A stretch of DNA of 64,000 nucleotides from Minisyncoccota bacterium. Lineage in GTDB: Bacteria > Patescibacteriota > Minisyncoccia > Phycocordibacterales > DAORIS01. The notes below the pieces were generated by a model. The model saw nothing but the letters and a program-made list of their open reading frames with translations. It ran no database searches and was not told the DNA's origin. The stretch spans positions 7,497 to 71,496 of the forward strand of contig DAORIS010000004.1 in assembly GCA_035438625.1 (NCBI GenBank). Direction: 5' to 3'. This document shows positions 17,953 through 28,801 of the stretch, one piece after another. Each line of letters starts with the position of its first letter. The first letter of the stretch is position 1. The translations under genes and the position numbers were made by a program.

Positions 17953-18786
17953 CTATTTAATCTTTGACAAAGCCTCAGATATTCTTGGGAAATATTTTAG
18001 GGTGTTTTCTGTTGATTTCCGTAACACCTCTTCAAGTGGAATACCCCGTATTTCTGAGAATGCCTCAGCAACCTGCATAACCATGCGTGGATCTGCTCGT
18101 TTACCCCTAAAAGGCGCTGGTGCTGCGTAGGGAGCATCCGTTTCGATCATAAATCTGTCTAACGGAACCTGTTCAACGAGTTCCTTATACTGAGGAGCAA
18201 ATGTAATCACGCCTGTAAACGAGACTGTTGCACCCATATCAAGACACTCTTTGAGTATCTCACTTGTTACAGCGAAGAAATGGAAGTGCAGGTGAGCGGT
18301 AAGACCTTCCTCTTTATATATCTTCAAAAGATCAGCATGTGCATCACGGCAATGGATCATAAGTGGTAATCCTGCAGATGCTGCAATTCGAGCTTGAGAT
18401 AGAAATAATTGCTTTTGTATTGCCTTCACCCGCTCAATCTCTTCATTAGTTCCTGTAATCCTAAAATAGTCGAGTCCGGTCTCACCTATCGCCACAACTT
18501 TTTCGCTATATTGCTGATCGAGTGCAATTTGTTCTAACTCAACAATACTTTTTCGCACATCTTCTTCATTCATCTCGCTCGCTTCAAGCGGATGAATTCC
18601 GATACATGCAAAACGTGCAGCATTAGCGTCACAAAGCTCTATTGCCTTCATACTCGACTCAACATCAGTACCAATTACAATAGTTCCGACACCTTTTTCC
18701 TGCATGTCGGAAAGCATCTCTGCTCGGTCTACATCAAAATCTGGATAGTAGATATGGGAATGGATATCGAACACTCGTACTTCCAT
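17953..18786 (-). CDS. tatD: TatD family DNase
   Basis: DIHSH, IGIHP, AIGETGLDY, IHCRDA, ETDAPY. Confidence 0.95.
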   Translation of the reverse strand: MEVRVFDIHSHIYYPDFDVDRAEMLSDMQEKGVGTIVIGTDVESSMKAIELCDANAARFACIGIHPLEASEMNEEDVRKSIVELEQIALDQQYSEKVVAIGETGLDYFRITGTNEEIERVKAIQKQLFLSQARIAASAGLPLMIHCRDAHADLLKIYKEEGLTAHLHFHFFAVTSEILKECLDMGATVSFTGVITFAPQYKELVEQVPLDRFMIETDAPYAAPAPFRGKRADPRMVMQVAEAFSEIRGIPLEEVLRKSTENTLKYFPRISEALSKIK

Positions 18787-18789
18787 AGA

Positions 18790-20241
18790 TTATGGTTTAC
18801 GAGGGAATAATGGGACTGAGGCTGCTCGATCAGCGATTGACGCGAGAATCTTTTCAGAAGTTTCAGGCATGAATGGTGCAAGTTCTTTCGCAAGTATTGA
18901 TAGGTCTGAAACGAGTCCCGCAACCGTTTTTCGTGCCTTATCTGGATCCTGCTTAAACATCTCAAACGGCTTTTCTTGTTGGATCTTCTGGTCTAACTTT
19001 GTTATTTCAGCCATGATCAAACCCATTGCATTGTTTAATTCATATGCAGCCACTGCGTCTGCAATACCTTTTATGAGTTCACCAGTTGATATTGATTCCA
19101 CTCCACTGTCCCAGGCGTCATAGTTTGCCGCCATCTTAAGAATACGGGAAGTTGTATTACCAATTCCATTTGATAGCTGTGAGTTGTACGCCTTAAAGAA
19201 CAAGTCACGAGTAAACGGTGAGTCTTCAAACGGTTGCACTTCTCTAATTACAAAATATCGTAGGGCATCTGTTCCATACTCATTAATTATTTCCACAGGA
19301 GAAATAACATTGCCTATGCTCTTACTCATCTTAATACCACCTTCACCAGTTACAAACCCATTAATGACGATTTGTTTTGATGGCTCAATATCCGCAGACA
19401 TAAGCATTGCTTGCCACATAGCCGACTGCTGACGGAGGTTATCTTTTCCAGCAAACTGAATTACCGGCCAGAATGTATTGAATTTCTCCATATCAGTTGG
19501 CCAACCGATAGCTGAAATGTAATTGATCAGAGCATCGAACCATACATACATCACTTGCTCTGGATCTCCTGGAACCTCTACACCCCACGGCATTTTCGAC
19601 TTCAGGCGAGAGATACTAAAGTCCTTAAGACCACGCTCTACAAAGGCTTTAATTTCATTAAACCTAAATTCTGGAATTACAAACTCAGGATTGGCTTTGT
19701 AATGTGCGAGTAATTTCTCTGCATATGCTGAAAACTTAAAGAAATAGTTCTCTTCTTTAATGAGTTCAATTTCTATGTTTGGATGAAGTGGACACTTTCC
19801 GTTATCAAGTTCGGAATCTGTTTTTTCTAACTCACAGCCAACGCAATACTTAACGGTATATTCTTGTTTATAAATATCACCCGCAGCTTCTGATTTCTTC
19901 CAAAATTCTTGAGCAGCTTTTTTGTGGTGTTCGTCTGTCGTACGGATAAAGTTGATCTCAGAAATATTGAGTTGCGTTAACAAATCCTTAAACTTTTCGG
20001 CATACCCATTTACATATTCCTGAGTATCTTGACCAGCTTTTTGTGCATTCAGATATATCTTCATTCCATGCTCATCGGTACCAGTATTAAAAAAGACTTC
20101 GTGTCCTTGTGACCGAAGATATCGAACTACCGCATCAGCACGGATAATTTCCATAGCAAAACCAACGTGCGGCTCTGCGTTTACGTACGGGAGCGTCGTT
20201 GTGACGTATACCTGCTTTTTAGGATTGGTGTGCTTGCTCAT
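18790..20241 (-). CDS. metG: Methionine--tRNA ligase, short form
   Basis: TTTLPYVNAEPHVG, TGTDEHG, YVWFDALINY, KMSKS. Confidence 0.96.
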   Translation of the reverse strand: MSKHTNPKKQVYVTTTLPYVNAEPHVGFAMEIIRADAVVRYLRSQGHEVFFNTGTDEHGMKIYLNAQKAGQDTQEYVNGYAEKFKDLLTQLNISEINFIRTTDEHHKKAAQEFWKKSEAAGDIYKQEYTVKYCVGCELEKTDSELDNGKCPLHPNIEIELIKEENYFFKFSAYAEKLLAHYKANPEFVIPEFRFNEIKAFVERGLKDFSISRLKSKMPWGVEVPGDPEQVMYVWFDALINYISAIGWPTDMEKFNTFWPVIQFAGKDNLRQQSAMWQAMLMSADIEPSKQIVINGFVTGEGGIKMSKSIGNVISPVEIINEYGTDALRYFVIREVQPFEDSPFTRDLFFKAYNSQLSNGIGNTTSRILKMAANYDAWDSGVESISTGELIKGIADAVAAYELNNAMGLIMAEITKLDQKIQQEKPFEMFKQDPDKARKTVAGLVSDLSILAKELAPFMPETSEKILASIADRAASVPLFPRKP

Positions 20242-21308
20242 ACGGGCGATTCTTCCACAGGAATAGGGATTCGTCTATTACGTTCTCTGTCTCCGAGATA
20301 CTCAATGAGTAGCGTTGCAACAGGAATAGAAAGTATTGCACCAAGAATTCCTCCAAGCTTAAGTCCAACAATCAAGCTGATGATAACCACGAGCGGTGGC
20401 ACTCCAATTACTTTTCGTACCACTGCAGGGTAAATGACATGACTCTCCAATTGTTGAATGATCACGAATAACGCTGCAACAAGCAGTGCCAAACTCACTC
20501 CTCCGTCCAAGAACCCAATTGCGATTCCTGGAATTGATCCGAGGATTGGACCGAACACAGGGATAATTTCAAAGAATGCAGCAATGATTGCAAGCAGCAA
20601 TGCGTGCCGGACACCGAGCGCTGAAAGACCAATGAATGCCAGAACTCCAATAATTGCAGCAAGAAATATTTGTCCTTGCATCCAACGAGCAATATTTCGC
20701 TGTGAGCGACGCCAGAGCCCAATCACATAGCGCTCATATTTAAGCGGAGTGATGATACGAAGAAAATCTCCTACCCCATCTTCTTGTGTACTGAGGTAAA
20801 ACGACAAGACAGCAATAATAACTAAAGTTGAGGCCCCTCCAAATAACGCAGACCCAAGTTCATACGTATTTCCCCCAACTGACCTAATTAATTCAGCAGT
20901 GCCCGCCAAATAATCCAAGAACGATGTTGCGTGCGAGAATATTTCAATTGAATTTTCAAAGCCCAAAAATCCTGGACTTGATAGTGCGAACTCGTCCAAA
21001 TAACTTGGGAGTGCCTGAAGGAGGCCGTTAATCTCTGTCGCAAGAATCGGCAATACGTACACAATTCCTGCGACAAATACCGCTAGAATTGAGGCGTATA
21101 CACCTACAACACTCACTGTACGAGGTACACGTTTAGCCATTAGTGCCCTAATAACAGGCTCAACTGATGAGGCCAGGACCACTGCAGAAAGAATGGCGAG
21201 TAGGATATTGTGAATGAAATAAATAAGTACTCCAGCCACAATAAAAGCTGCTAGCCGGCCAACAATGGCATGAGCTACAGCAATTCTTTCTTGGGCAGCT
21301 GGTGACAT
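20238..21308 (-). CDS. AI-2E (PerM) family transporter
   Basis: Multi-TM protein with IPVFGP and IQQLESHVIYP...GGILGAILSIP. Confidence 0.9.
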   Translation of the reverse strand: MSPAAQERIAVAHAIVGRLAAFIVAGVLIYFIHNILLAILSAVVLASSVEPVIRALMAKRVPRTVSVVGVYASILAVFVAGIVYVLPILATEINGLLQALPSYLDEFALSSPGFLGFENSIEIFSHATSFLDYLAGTAELIRSVGGNTYELGSALFGGASTLVIIAVLSFYLSTQEDGVGDFLRIITPLKYERYVIGLWRRSQRNIARWMQGQIFLAAIIGVLAFIGLSALGVRHALLLAIIAAFFEIIPVFGPILGSIPGIAIGFLDGGVSLALLVAALFVIIQQLESHVIYPAVVRKVIGVPPLVVIISLIVGLKLGGILGAILSIPVATLLIEYLGDRERNRRIPIPVEESPV

Positions 21309-21345
21309 AGGGCTATCATACCATCATGCCTTAGTCGTGTATCTA

Positions 21346-22707
21346 CTACAGCGCCTTGGCTTCTGAAAGGAGTTTTTCGATTGAAATTCGCTCTTGTTTT
21401 CCACTATCCCTGTCTCTTAAAGTCACAGTTCCGTCTTCTAGCGTATCGAAATCAACAGTGACACAATAAGGTGTTCCAATTTCATCTTGGCGACGATATC
21501 GCTTACCGATGTTTCCATTGTCATCAAATTCGACATGTCCAACGAGTTTCTTGAGGCTCATGTACACCTCTCGCGCTTTTTCAACTAACTGAGGCTTATT
21601 TTTCAACAGTGGGAATACTGCGTATTTAACTGGAGCAACTGCATAGGGAAATTGTAGGTACACACGCTTTTCACCACCTACTTCATCTTCCTTATATGCT
21701 TCTGTAAGGACAGCAAGTACAGTACGATCAACGCCAAATGATGGCTCAATTACGTGTGGAATAAAACGCGACTTGGAATCCTGGTCAAAATATGTGAGAT
21801 CTACTCCAGAGTGCTTTGAGTGTGCAGCAAGATCAAAATCTGTTCGGTATGCAAGACCATACAATTCTTTTATTCCAAACGGAAACTTATATTCAAAATC
21901 TACTGTTCGCTTTGAGTAGTGAGCGCGGTCTTCTCCTGGAACTTCATACTCTTTAATCTTGGCAGCATCAAGTCCCATGTCTTTTGTCCATTCTCTGATT
22001 TGTTCCACAAAATGAGTGAAGTGTGTTTCCCATTCTTCTGGACGAACAAAGTACTCAATTTCCATTTGCTCTAATTCACGTACTCTGAAAATGAAATCAC
22101 GTGGTGCAATTTCGTTTCTGAATGCCTTACCAATCTGAGCAATACCGAATGGAAGTGCTGGATGGTGTGAGTCCATCACATTTTTGTAGTTCACAAAAAT
22201 ACCTTGTGCGGTTTCAGGTCTGAGGTATGAGATTGAATTTTCGTCTTCTGATGCACCGAAGTTCGTCTTAAACATCATGTTGAACTGTTTGACGTCACCA
22301 AGTGCATTACCATCAGGGCTTTTAATTCCAAGCTCCTTAATGAGCGCGTCCATGTCAGAGGCATTTAGTCCCTTTGTTTCCTTTCCTGCTTCCTCAAGAA
22401 GGTGATCAGCGCGGAACCTTCGCTTTGTCTTCACATCTTCAACGAGTGGGTCGTTAAATCCAGCGACGTGTCCGCTTGCTTGCCAAACTTTTTGGTTCAT
22501 CAGAATTGCAGCATCTACCCCAAAGACATCTTCACGGTCGATGACAAAGCGCTTCCACCACATATTTTTGATGTTTTGCTTAAGCGCTAATCCGTAATGA
22601 CCATAATCCCATGTACCAGCAAGACCTCCATAGATTTCGGAGCCCTGGTAAATGAAACCTCGTCGTTTTGAAAGGGAAATTATTTCGTCCATTGAAGCAG
22701 CATACAT
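21346..22707 (-). CDS. glyQS: Glycine--tRNA ligase, homodimeric type
   Basis: KRRGFIYQGSEIYGG, YLRPETAQGIF, GKAFRNEI, IEPSFGVDR, IGKRYRRQDEIGTP. Confidence 0.97.
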   Translation of the reverse strand: MYAASMDEIISLSKRRGFIYQGSEIYGGLAGTWDYGHYGLALKQNIKNMWWKRFVIDREDVFGVDAAILMNQKVWQASGHVAGFNDPLVEDVKTKRRFRADHLLEEAGKETKGLNASDMDALIKELGIKSPDGNALGDVKQFNMMFKTNFGASEDENSISYLRPETAQGIFVNYKNVMDSHHPALPFGIAQIGKAFRNEIAPRDFIFRVRELEQMEIEYFVRPEEWETHFTHFVEQIREWTKDMGLDAAKIKEYEVPGEDRAHYSKRTVDFEYKFPFGIKELYGLAYRTDFDLAAHSKHSGVDLTYFDQDSKSRFIPHVIEPSFGVDRTVLAVLTEAYKEDEVGGEKRVYLQFPYAVAPVKYAVFPLLKNKPQLVEKAREVYMSLKKLVGHVEFDDNGNIGKRYRRQDEIGTPYCVTVDFDTLEDGTVTLRDRDSGKQERISIEKLLSEAKAL

Positions 22708-22716
22708 TTAGCTACG

Positions 22717-24654
22717 TTACGGCGCAAGGATAGCAGCTTGGTTGGCTTGGATATCAGCTGCCTGCGTCGTGACAGACACAAGACCGATGCGTACTTCCTG
22801 CTCAACAAACCGATCCACTCCAACTACCGTTGCGGCGTTTACAAGAACTGGAATCTGTCCAACTTGGCTTGCGCTTGGCAACATTTCAACCTGGAAATAT
22901 GCTCGTTTATAGTCACTTTCAAATCCAGTATACGCAGAAACTTCTCCTGCCTTCCATGAGATTGTGCGTGTTAATTCGTTATATGTAACATTCGTGCTTG
23001 ATGCTTGGTTTGGGACAAACTGTACGTAAATTGGCAGTGTTGCCGTCACCTCAACATTTGAAACATGGTTAACGGTATTGTTTAACTGCCACTCGATTGT
23101 GTAACGAGTCTTTTGTTCTGCCTTTGGAGGGATGGGACCTGTGTTTGTAAATGGACCAGTTTTGTATAACGCTTGCGAGAGTCCGCCAAGTGCAGTTGCG
23201 AAACGGATTTGTTTTACACTCTTGATTTCAATGTTGTCTGATGAACCTTGTTCTGAGACAACTTTTCCCTTGATGGTAATTTCATATTCCAGTCCTGGAT
23301 TTCTAATGTTCCTTCCGATCTCTTGGAGCGTGAGTGTGTCAAACGAGAACGATACTGATCCTTGTTCGCCCGGTGAAAGTACAGCGAGGTCTTGCTCTGT
23401 TGAACGATCCCAGTACACCGTGTCATTTGAAGATTGGTAAAAGCCAGCAGCAGGCTTAATACTTGATCGGTCGTGGAGATTTCCTTTTATCTTAACCTCA
23501 ATTCGTGGATCAAGAATGTCTCTTGAGAGGTTGTTGCTAAATGAGATGTTATTACTGATTGCTGAGCCGAGGGTTGAAATCTCAGTTTTCTGACCATTTG
23601 AAAGTGTGGATTGTGTATCAGTTACGATAGTTACTGATGGGCGTAATATGTTCACTTCTGCAAGTTTTGTAGTGAGGGTTGTAAGGAGTGCACGATCATC
23701 TTCTGGATCTTTTGTGCCAGCTGAGAATTTAAAGACTTTATCTTCATTGTCTTGTGCTTGCACAATACCAGTTATCTTAATTTTCTTTATTTCTCCAGCT
23801 TTAAGTAAGGGGAAATTCCAAATTAATCCATTCTCAAGAGCAGCTGGCTCTGACTTTGAAAATGCAAATCCAAATGGGTACTCTGCCTTTAGAACAATGT
23901 CTTTCAAGTCCGATCGCATGTTTGACCTTACCTCAATATCAAACGTTGTTTCTTGTCCTGAGCTAATTGCCTTTTGATACTCAATTAAAAGACTGATCGG
24001 GGATTGACTCACAGTGATTTCATATTCCTTTTTCTTTTCATACCTGGTACCTGATTCACCGACTGAATATGCTGCAGTGACAACAATCTGCTTGCGCTCT
24101 CCTTCCTCACCAAGCAAAATTACCGATCCTGCAACTTGTCCTGAGGCGCCACGTGAGATTGTTCCAATAGATCGGACATCACGTAACTTTTCCTGCGTTG
24201 GATTTTCTGGATCCATTGATCCATCAGGATATTGAAGTGTAATTTCAACATCTTCGAGGTCTACTCTGTTTTTGTTAATAAACGACACTGAAAATGGCAC
24301 AGCTTCTCCTCCTGCAACCGAGACTGCTGAGGTAAGGACAATGTCTACATTTTTTGAAGAAATAAATAACTTATCTGAAAACAAGTAGACTGCAGCGAGC
24401 GCTGCAGCGCCTAAACAAAAAGCAAGTGACGAAAAGAAAAATATTTTGTACCACTTCCCGCTTTTTGATGACTTTGGACCCTCTTCGTGTCTCTCTTCAA
24501 GTGTAGCGTGTTCCCACTCTGGAACTACTGTGTGTATTTGTTCTTGAGATTTTAAACTACGACGTTCGTTATCATCAGTAGAAAAATCCGCGTTTGGAGA
24601 ATACAATCGCTTCTTAAGTGCCTCAATCTTGCTCTGATCTAACTCACTTTGCAT
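22717..24654 (-). CDS. Conserved hypothetical single-pass membrane protein with Ig-like (DUF11-like) domains
   Basis: One TM helix near residues 70-92, beta-rich ectodomain, GPFTNTGPIPPKA..TRYTIEW. Confidence 0.75.
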   Translation of the reverse strand: MQSELDQSKIEALKKRLYSPNADFSTDDNERRSLKSQEQIHTVVPEWEHATLEERHEEGPKSSKSGKWYKIFFFSSLAFCLGAAALAAVYLFSDKLFISSKNVDIVLTSAVSVAGGEAVPFSVSFINKNRVDLEDVEITLQYPDGSMDPENPTQEKLRDVRSIGTISRGASGQVAGSVILLGEEGERKQIVVTAAYSVGESGTRYEKKKEYEITVSQSPISLLIEYQKAISSGQETTFDIEVRSNMRSDLKDIVLKAEYPFGFAFSKSEPAALENGLIWNFPLLKAGEIKKIKITGIVQAQDNEDKVFKFSAGTKDPEDDRALLTTLTTKLAEVNILRPSVTIVTDTQSTLSNGQKTEISTLGSAISNNISFSNNLSRDILDPRIEVKIKGNLHDRSSIKPAAGFYQSSNDTVYWDRSTEQDLAVLSPGEQGSVSFSFDTLTLQEIGRNIRNPGLEYEITIKGKVVSEQGSSDNIEIKSVKQIRFATALGGLSQALYKTGPFTNTGPIPPKAEQKTRYTIEWQLNNTVNHVSNVEVTATLPIYVQFVPNQASSTNVTYNELTRTISWKAGEVSAYTGFESDYKRAYFQVEMLPSASQVGQIPVLVNAATVVGVDRFVEQEVRIGLVSVTTQAADIQANQAAILAP

Positions 24655-24679
24655 ATACTCGAGAAATTATAGCACTCTG

Positions 24680-25258
24680 TTACCTTCCAATATGCCCAGT
24701 TGCCACCTTTACTGCAGCAGTAACTGCAAACTCAGCCCCAAGAATGGTCTGTACATCAATTTCCTCAAGTGGTAACCGCATCAAGCGTTCAATCGTCTCT
24801 GACATCTTTGGTAAGAAACCCGCAGCATAAAGCATCCTCGCTGAAGTCCACGATTCAAGTGCAGTACGAGTCTCAGGACCGTGGTCTGCCTTACCAACAG
24901 TCAATTTAAAAAATTCCGAAAGGGGAATATATATTCCAGACACAGGCTCATCATAAATTGTTATAGCCGAAGCAATCCAAGACAATCGCGCATACTCTTT
25001 ACGTCGTTTTGGATCAGGAGTTTGGAGGGTCACAATATCTGTTAACCTCCATACATTCCTTCCTCGAATCAACGACATCCTCGCTAAGGTATGTTCTGCG
25101 GCTCCCATGCGTAGTTTCGATGAAAGCTTTCGAAGGCTCTTTCCTACAACTGCAATTTTTCCAAAGCGTTCGGTTAGAACTATGAGCACCTTATCATCAG
25201 CACTCCTATCGTGAGCACCTAAAATAATTCCATCAACGGAGTAAATCTCATACGACAT
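24680..25258 (-). CDS. recO: DNA repair protein RecO, divergent
   Basis: DGIIL...DDKVLIVLTERFGKIAVVGKSLRKLSSKL N-terminal OB fold. Confidence 0.8.
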   Translation of the reverse strand: MSYEIYSVDGIILGAHDRSADDKVLIVLTERFGKIAVVGKSLRKLSSKLRMGAAEHTLARMSLIRGRNVWRLTDIVTLQTPDPKRRKEYARLSWIASAITIYDEPVSGIYIPLSEFFKLTVGKADHGPETRTALESWTSARMLYAAGFLPKMSETIERLMRLPLEEIDVQTILGAEFAVTAAVKVATGHIGR

Positions 25259-28200
25259 GAATTGTTGCTTCCGTATGTTCTTTGGATAGTTCTATTTTGG
25301 AAGCGGAGACAGTATTTGCGAGTTCATCTTTCCACGTACCAAGTATTTGCTCCATTGCTTCTGTATCTGGCAATGAAACTGTAATTTTGTCTCCAGGTTG
25401 TAGCCCTGCTTCTTTACGCTTGTCTTGTATCAGACGGACCAAGTCTCTATATGATCCTTCAACAATAAGCTCTGGTGTAAGGGTCGTATCAAGTGAGACA
25501 GTGTCAGACTCACCTTCTGTAAAGACAACTTCTTTTACGTTAGTCTCTTCACTAATGAGGTGTTTATATTCTTCTTGCACATCTGGGTTCACGTGTGAAA
25601 ACACGTGGTTTGAACAAGAGATTTTTGTAAGTGGTTGGCGTACTTTTATGTTTGCCTTCATGCGTTCATCAAGTACTGCTGAGACAATAGTTCGAACAGA
25701 AGTCATTATTTCCATTCGTACTGTTCGTGCTTCTTTTTCTGTATTAGTAAGTTCTTGTATTTCAGGCCAGCTCGCAAGATGCACGCTTTCTGGATCGGAC
25801 TCCGTTTTCACAACAGCAAATATTCTCTCTGCAATAAATGGCATTGATGGAGCAATTGTTCGGCTAAACACATGTAGTACATGACGTAATACCGAAGCTG
25901 CAACAACTGCATCTTCGTCTTCATTCTTAAGTCTGTCTCGTGAGCGGCGTACGAACCACGTTGATAGATCATCTACAAATCCTTCAAGTGGTCGGAGTGC
26001 ATCATCAAGTGCATACATCTCCATATGTGTTGTAAATGTCTCAAGAGTTTCATTAAGTCGCTCTATTATCCACATATCCAAGACGCCCAAGTTTCTCGTA
26101 TTGAGCTCTCCATCCTTCACCTTATCTTTTGCGTACATTGAATAGAACGAAAGAACGTTTTCGAGTCGCAAGACAATCTTCTTGTAGATCGTATCTAGAT
26201 CCTTTTCAGCGAAGTTCATGTCTTCTGAACGCATCAATGGTGATGAGAGGAGATAGTAGCGGAGTGCGTCCACACCATATTTATCAAATGTAAGTGCAGG
26301 GTCAGGGAAATTATTCTTGGACTTAGACATTTTCTGTCCGTCTTCAGCAAGTACATTTCCTGTCGTTACAACGTGTTCAAACGGTGCCTTATCGAACAAC
26401 ATTGTTCCAAGCACATGCATGTAATAAAACCAGGTTCGTGTTTGTGCCAAATACTCAGCAACAAACTGTGCAGGAAAACGTTGTGCAAACACATCTTTGT
26501 TTTCCATTGGAAAATGCTGTGACGCAAAGGGCATTGAGCCCGATTCAAACCAACAGTCGATCACTTCTGGTATACGACGCATGACTCCTCCATTTCCATC
26601 CGAAAATACAATTTCATCTATATACGGTCGGTGAAGGTCGAGTTCGTAACATTCATTGTGAGGAATTGGTATGAAATTAAGTTCGCGACACTCTGCATTT
26701 TTCATGTAGTCTCCTTGTTTTGATGCGCGAAGGGCTGCAGCAGCTGGAACATCGAGTCCCCCCGCAACACTTTCCATGATCCATAGTGGTGATTCATGGC
26801 CAACAACCAAGACGGTATCGTTTTCATGTTTTGCGTATGTCTCGTATAAAAATTCACCTATACGCTGACGAACATCAGTGAGACTTTCCCCTCCTGGCAT
26901 TTTCTCAGCAAACGCTGCTGTATATGTCTCGTGGAGCTTGTGATACAAATGCACATCCTTCCCTTCAAGTTCTCCAAAAGAGACCTCTCTCAATCTCGGA
27001 TCAAATACCACTGATTCCTCAGAAAGCCCCAGTGCTTTCGCTACCTGTAACGCAGTTTCTTTGGTGCGTAAAATGTCAGAAGAATAAATATGTTTAATTC
27101 CCAACTTTTTTAATTCCGGTACAGCTGAAACCACCTGCTCTTTTCCAAGTTCAGTTAACGGATATGGTGCATGCAGATCAGCACTAAGAATGCCTTTAGC
27201 ATTATTCTCAGCCTGACCATGACGCATGACGAAGAAACGATTTTTCTTGTCTACCTTTGCCTTAAGCTCCGCAAGTGTCCCGATTACCTCAAATTTTCCA
27301 GTTTTTTCTGATTTCCATATTGGAAGCGGTGATGCCCAGAATCTGTTACGTGAAATGTTCCAGTCTGGTGCTCCTTCAGCACTCTTTCCGAATCGTCCAA
27401 GTTTCAAATGATCTGGTACCCAGTGGATATTCTCATTGAGTTCGAGGATTCGTGATTTTGATTTTTGGATGTTGATAAACCACGCTGGGATTGCGAAATA
27501 GAACAGAGGTGTGTCACATCGGTAACAGTGTGGATATGAGTGTGCAATTACTTCTTTAGCAAACAGAGTTCCAGCTCCTGCTAATTTTTTTATGATTTCA
27601 ATATCCATTACCTGATGATCTCCTGGCTTTTCAGGCTTCGGCTTTACGTGGCGACCCATCAAATCCTCTATCTCATCAGAAAACTTTCCTTCACTTGTCA
27701 CATGGTGTCTCCATGGAATACCTTCCTTCTTTGCCAAGTCCATGTCGTCTTCACCGTACCCTGGTGAAATGTGCACAACACCCGTTCCGCTTCCAGCCTC
27801 AACAAATGTTGCTGGATATATCTTCCATGCTTTGTATTTAGTATCTTCAAGGGCAGGATGTCCTACGAAATAATTAAAGAGTGGCTTGTATGAAAGGCCA
27901 AGCAGTTCTGTTCCAGGAAATTCTTTTTGTATAGAAATTTCATATCCACGTTTTACTAATACTTCTTCCACTCTATCTTTTGCAAGGATGATTGTATGTG
28001 TTTTTCCTTCTTTAGAAACCACTGCCTCTACGTATGAAAGTTCAGGGTTTATTGCAAGCGCAAAATTTCCCGGAAGAGTCCATGGTGTTGTTGTCCACGC
28101 GAGTACATGTACTCCAGGTCGATCGGTGAGTTCAAACAATACATACACAGAAATATCCCTGATATCTCTGTAGCTGTTATCCATCGCAATCTCAGAGTTT

Positions 28201-28769
28201 GCGATCGGTGTCTCACATCGTGGACAGTATGGAAGTACACGTGTACCCTCATATACATTTTGTTTCTCATTGAGTTCCTTAAGCGCCCACCAGACTGACT
28301 CAATATATGAGTTGTCCATTGTCTTATACGAACCATCAAAATCTACCCAACGACCAATACGCTCGACAGTCTCTTTCCAATCATGAACATAGCCGAGCAC
28401 CTTGCTTCGCGCATGTTCATTAAATTTTGCAATGCCGTATTTTTCAATTTCTTTTCGGCCAGCAATTTTCAGGTCTTTTTCAACGATATTTTCAATAGGT
28501 AGTCCGTGACAATCCCATCCCCATTTACGCTCAACACGATACCCTCGCATCGTTTTGTATCGAGGTACCATGTCTTTAATTGTGCTCGCAAGAATGTGTC
28601 CAAAGTGAGGAGTACCGGTTGCAAATGGTGGACCATCATAAAAGACATACTCACCGTTTGGTGCGTCTTTCTCTAAGGTCTTTTTGAAAAACTCACCGGT
28701 GCGCCAAAAATCGAGTACGCGTTCCTCGGCCTGCGCAACAGCGCTTTTAACTGGTTTTGTATCGCTCAT
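25248..28769 (-). CDS. ileS: Isoleucine--tRNA ligase (IleRS2 type) with an inserted histidine phosphatase domain
   Basis: DGPPFATGTPHFGH, GWDCHGLP, WTTTPWTLP, DWNISRNRFW, KMSKS. Insert carries MRHG...SSDILRT...DPRLRE...VGH. Confidence 0.95.
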   Translation of the reverse strand: MSDTKPVKSAVAQAEERVLDFWRTGEFFKKTLEKDAPNGEYVFYDGPPFATGTPHFGHILASTIKDMVPRYKTMRGYRVERKWGWDCHGLPIENIVEKDLKIAGRKEIEKYGIAKFNEHARSKVLGYVHDWKETVERIGRWVDFDGSYKTMDNSYIESVWWALKELNEKQNVYEGTRVLPYCPRCETPIANSEIAMDNSYRDIRDISVYVLFELTDRPGVHVLAWTTTPWTLPGNFALAINPELSYVEAVVSKEGKTHTIILAKDRVEEVLVKRGYEISIQKEFPGTELLGLSYKPLFNYFVGHPALEDTKYKAWKIYPATFVEAGSGTGVVHISPGYGEDDMDLAKKEGIPWRHHVTSEGKFSDEIEDLMGRHVKPKPEKPGDHQVMDIEIIKKLAGAGTLFAKEVIAHSYPHCYRCDTPLFYFAIPAWFINIQKSKSRILELNENIHWVPDHLKLGRFGKSAEGAPDWNISRNRFWASPLPIWKSEKTGKFEVIGTLAELKAKVDKKNRFFVMRHGQAENNAKGILSADLHAPYPLTELGKEQVVSAVPELKKLGIKHIYSSDILRTKETALQVAKALGLSEESVVFDPRLREVSFGELEGKDVHLYHKLHETYTAAFAEKMPGGESLTDVRQRIGEFLYETYAKHENDTVLVVGHESPLWIMESVAGGLDVPAAAALRASKQGDYMKNAECRELNFIPIPHNECYELDLHRPYIDEIVFSDGNGGVMRRIPEVIDCWFESGSMPFASQHFPMENKDVFAQRFPAQFVAEYLAQTRTWFYYMHVLGTMLFDKAPFEHVVTTGNVLAEDGQKMSKSKNNFPDPALTFDKYGVDALRYYLLSSPLMRSEDMNFAEKDLDTIYKKIVLRLENVLSFYSMYAKDKVKDGELNTRNLGVLDMWIIERLNETLETFTTHMEMYALDDALRPLEGFVDDLSTWFVRRSRDRLKNEDEDAVVAASVLRHVLHVFSRTIAPSMPFIAERIFAVVKTESDPESVHLASWPEIQELTNTEKEARTVRMEIMTSVRTIVSAVLDERMKANIKVRQPLTKISCSNHVFSHVNPDVQEEYKHLISEETNVKEVVFTEGESDTVSLDTTLTPELIVEGSYRDLVRLIQDKRKEAGLQPGDKITVSLPDTEAMEQILGTWKDELANTVSASKIELSKEHTEATIHVV

Positions 28770-28801
28770 GTATAGGTATTATAACTTTTTCTCTCCCATT
28801 C

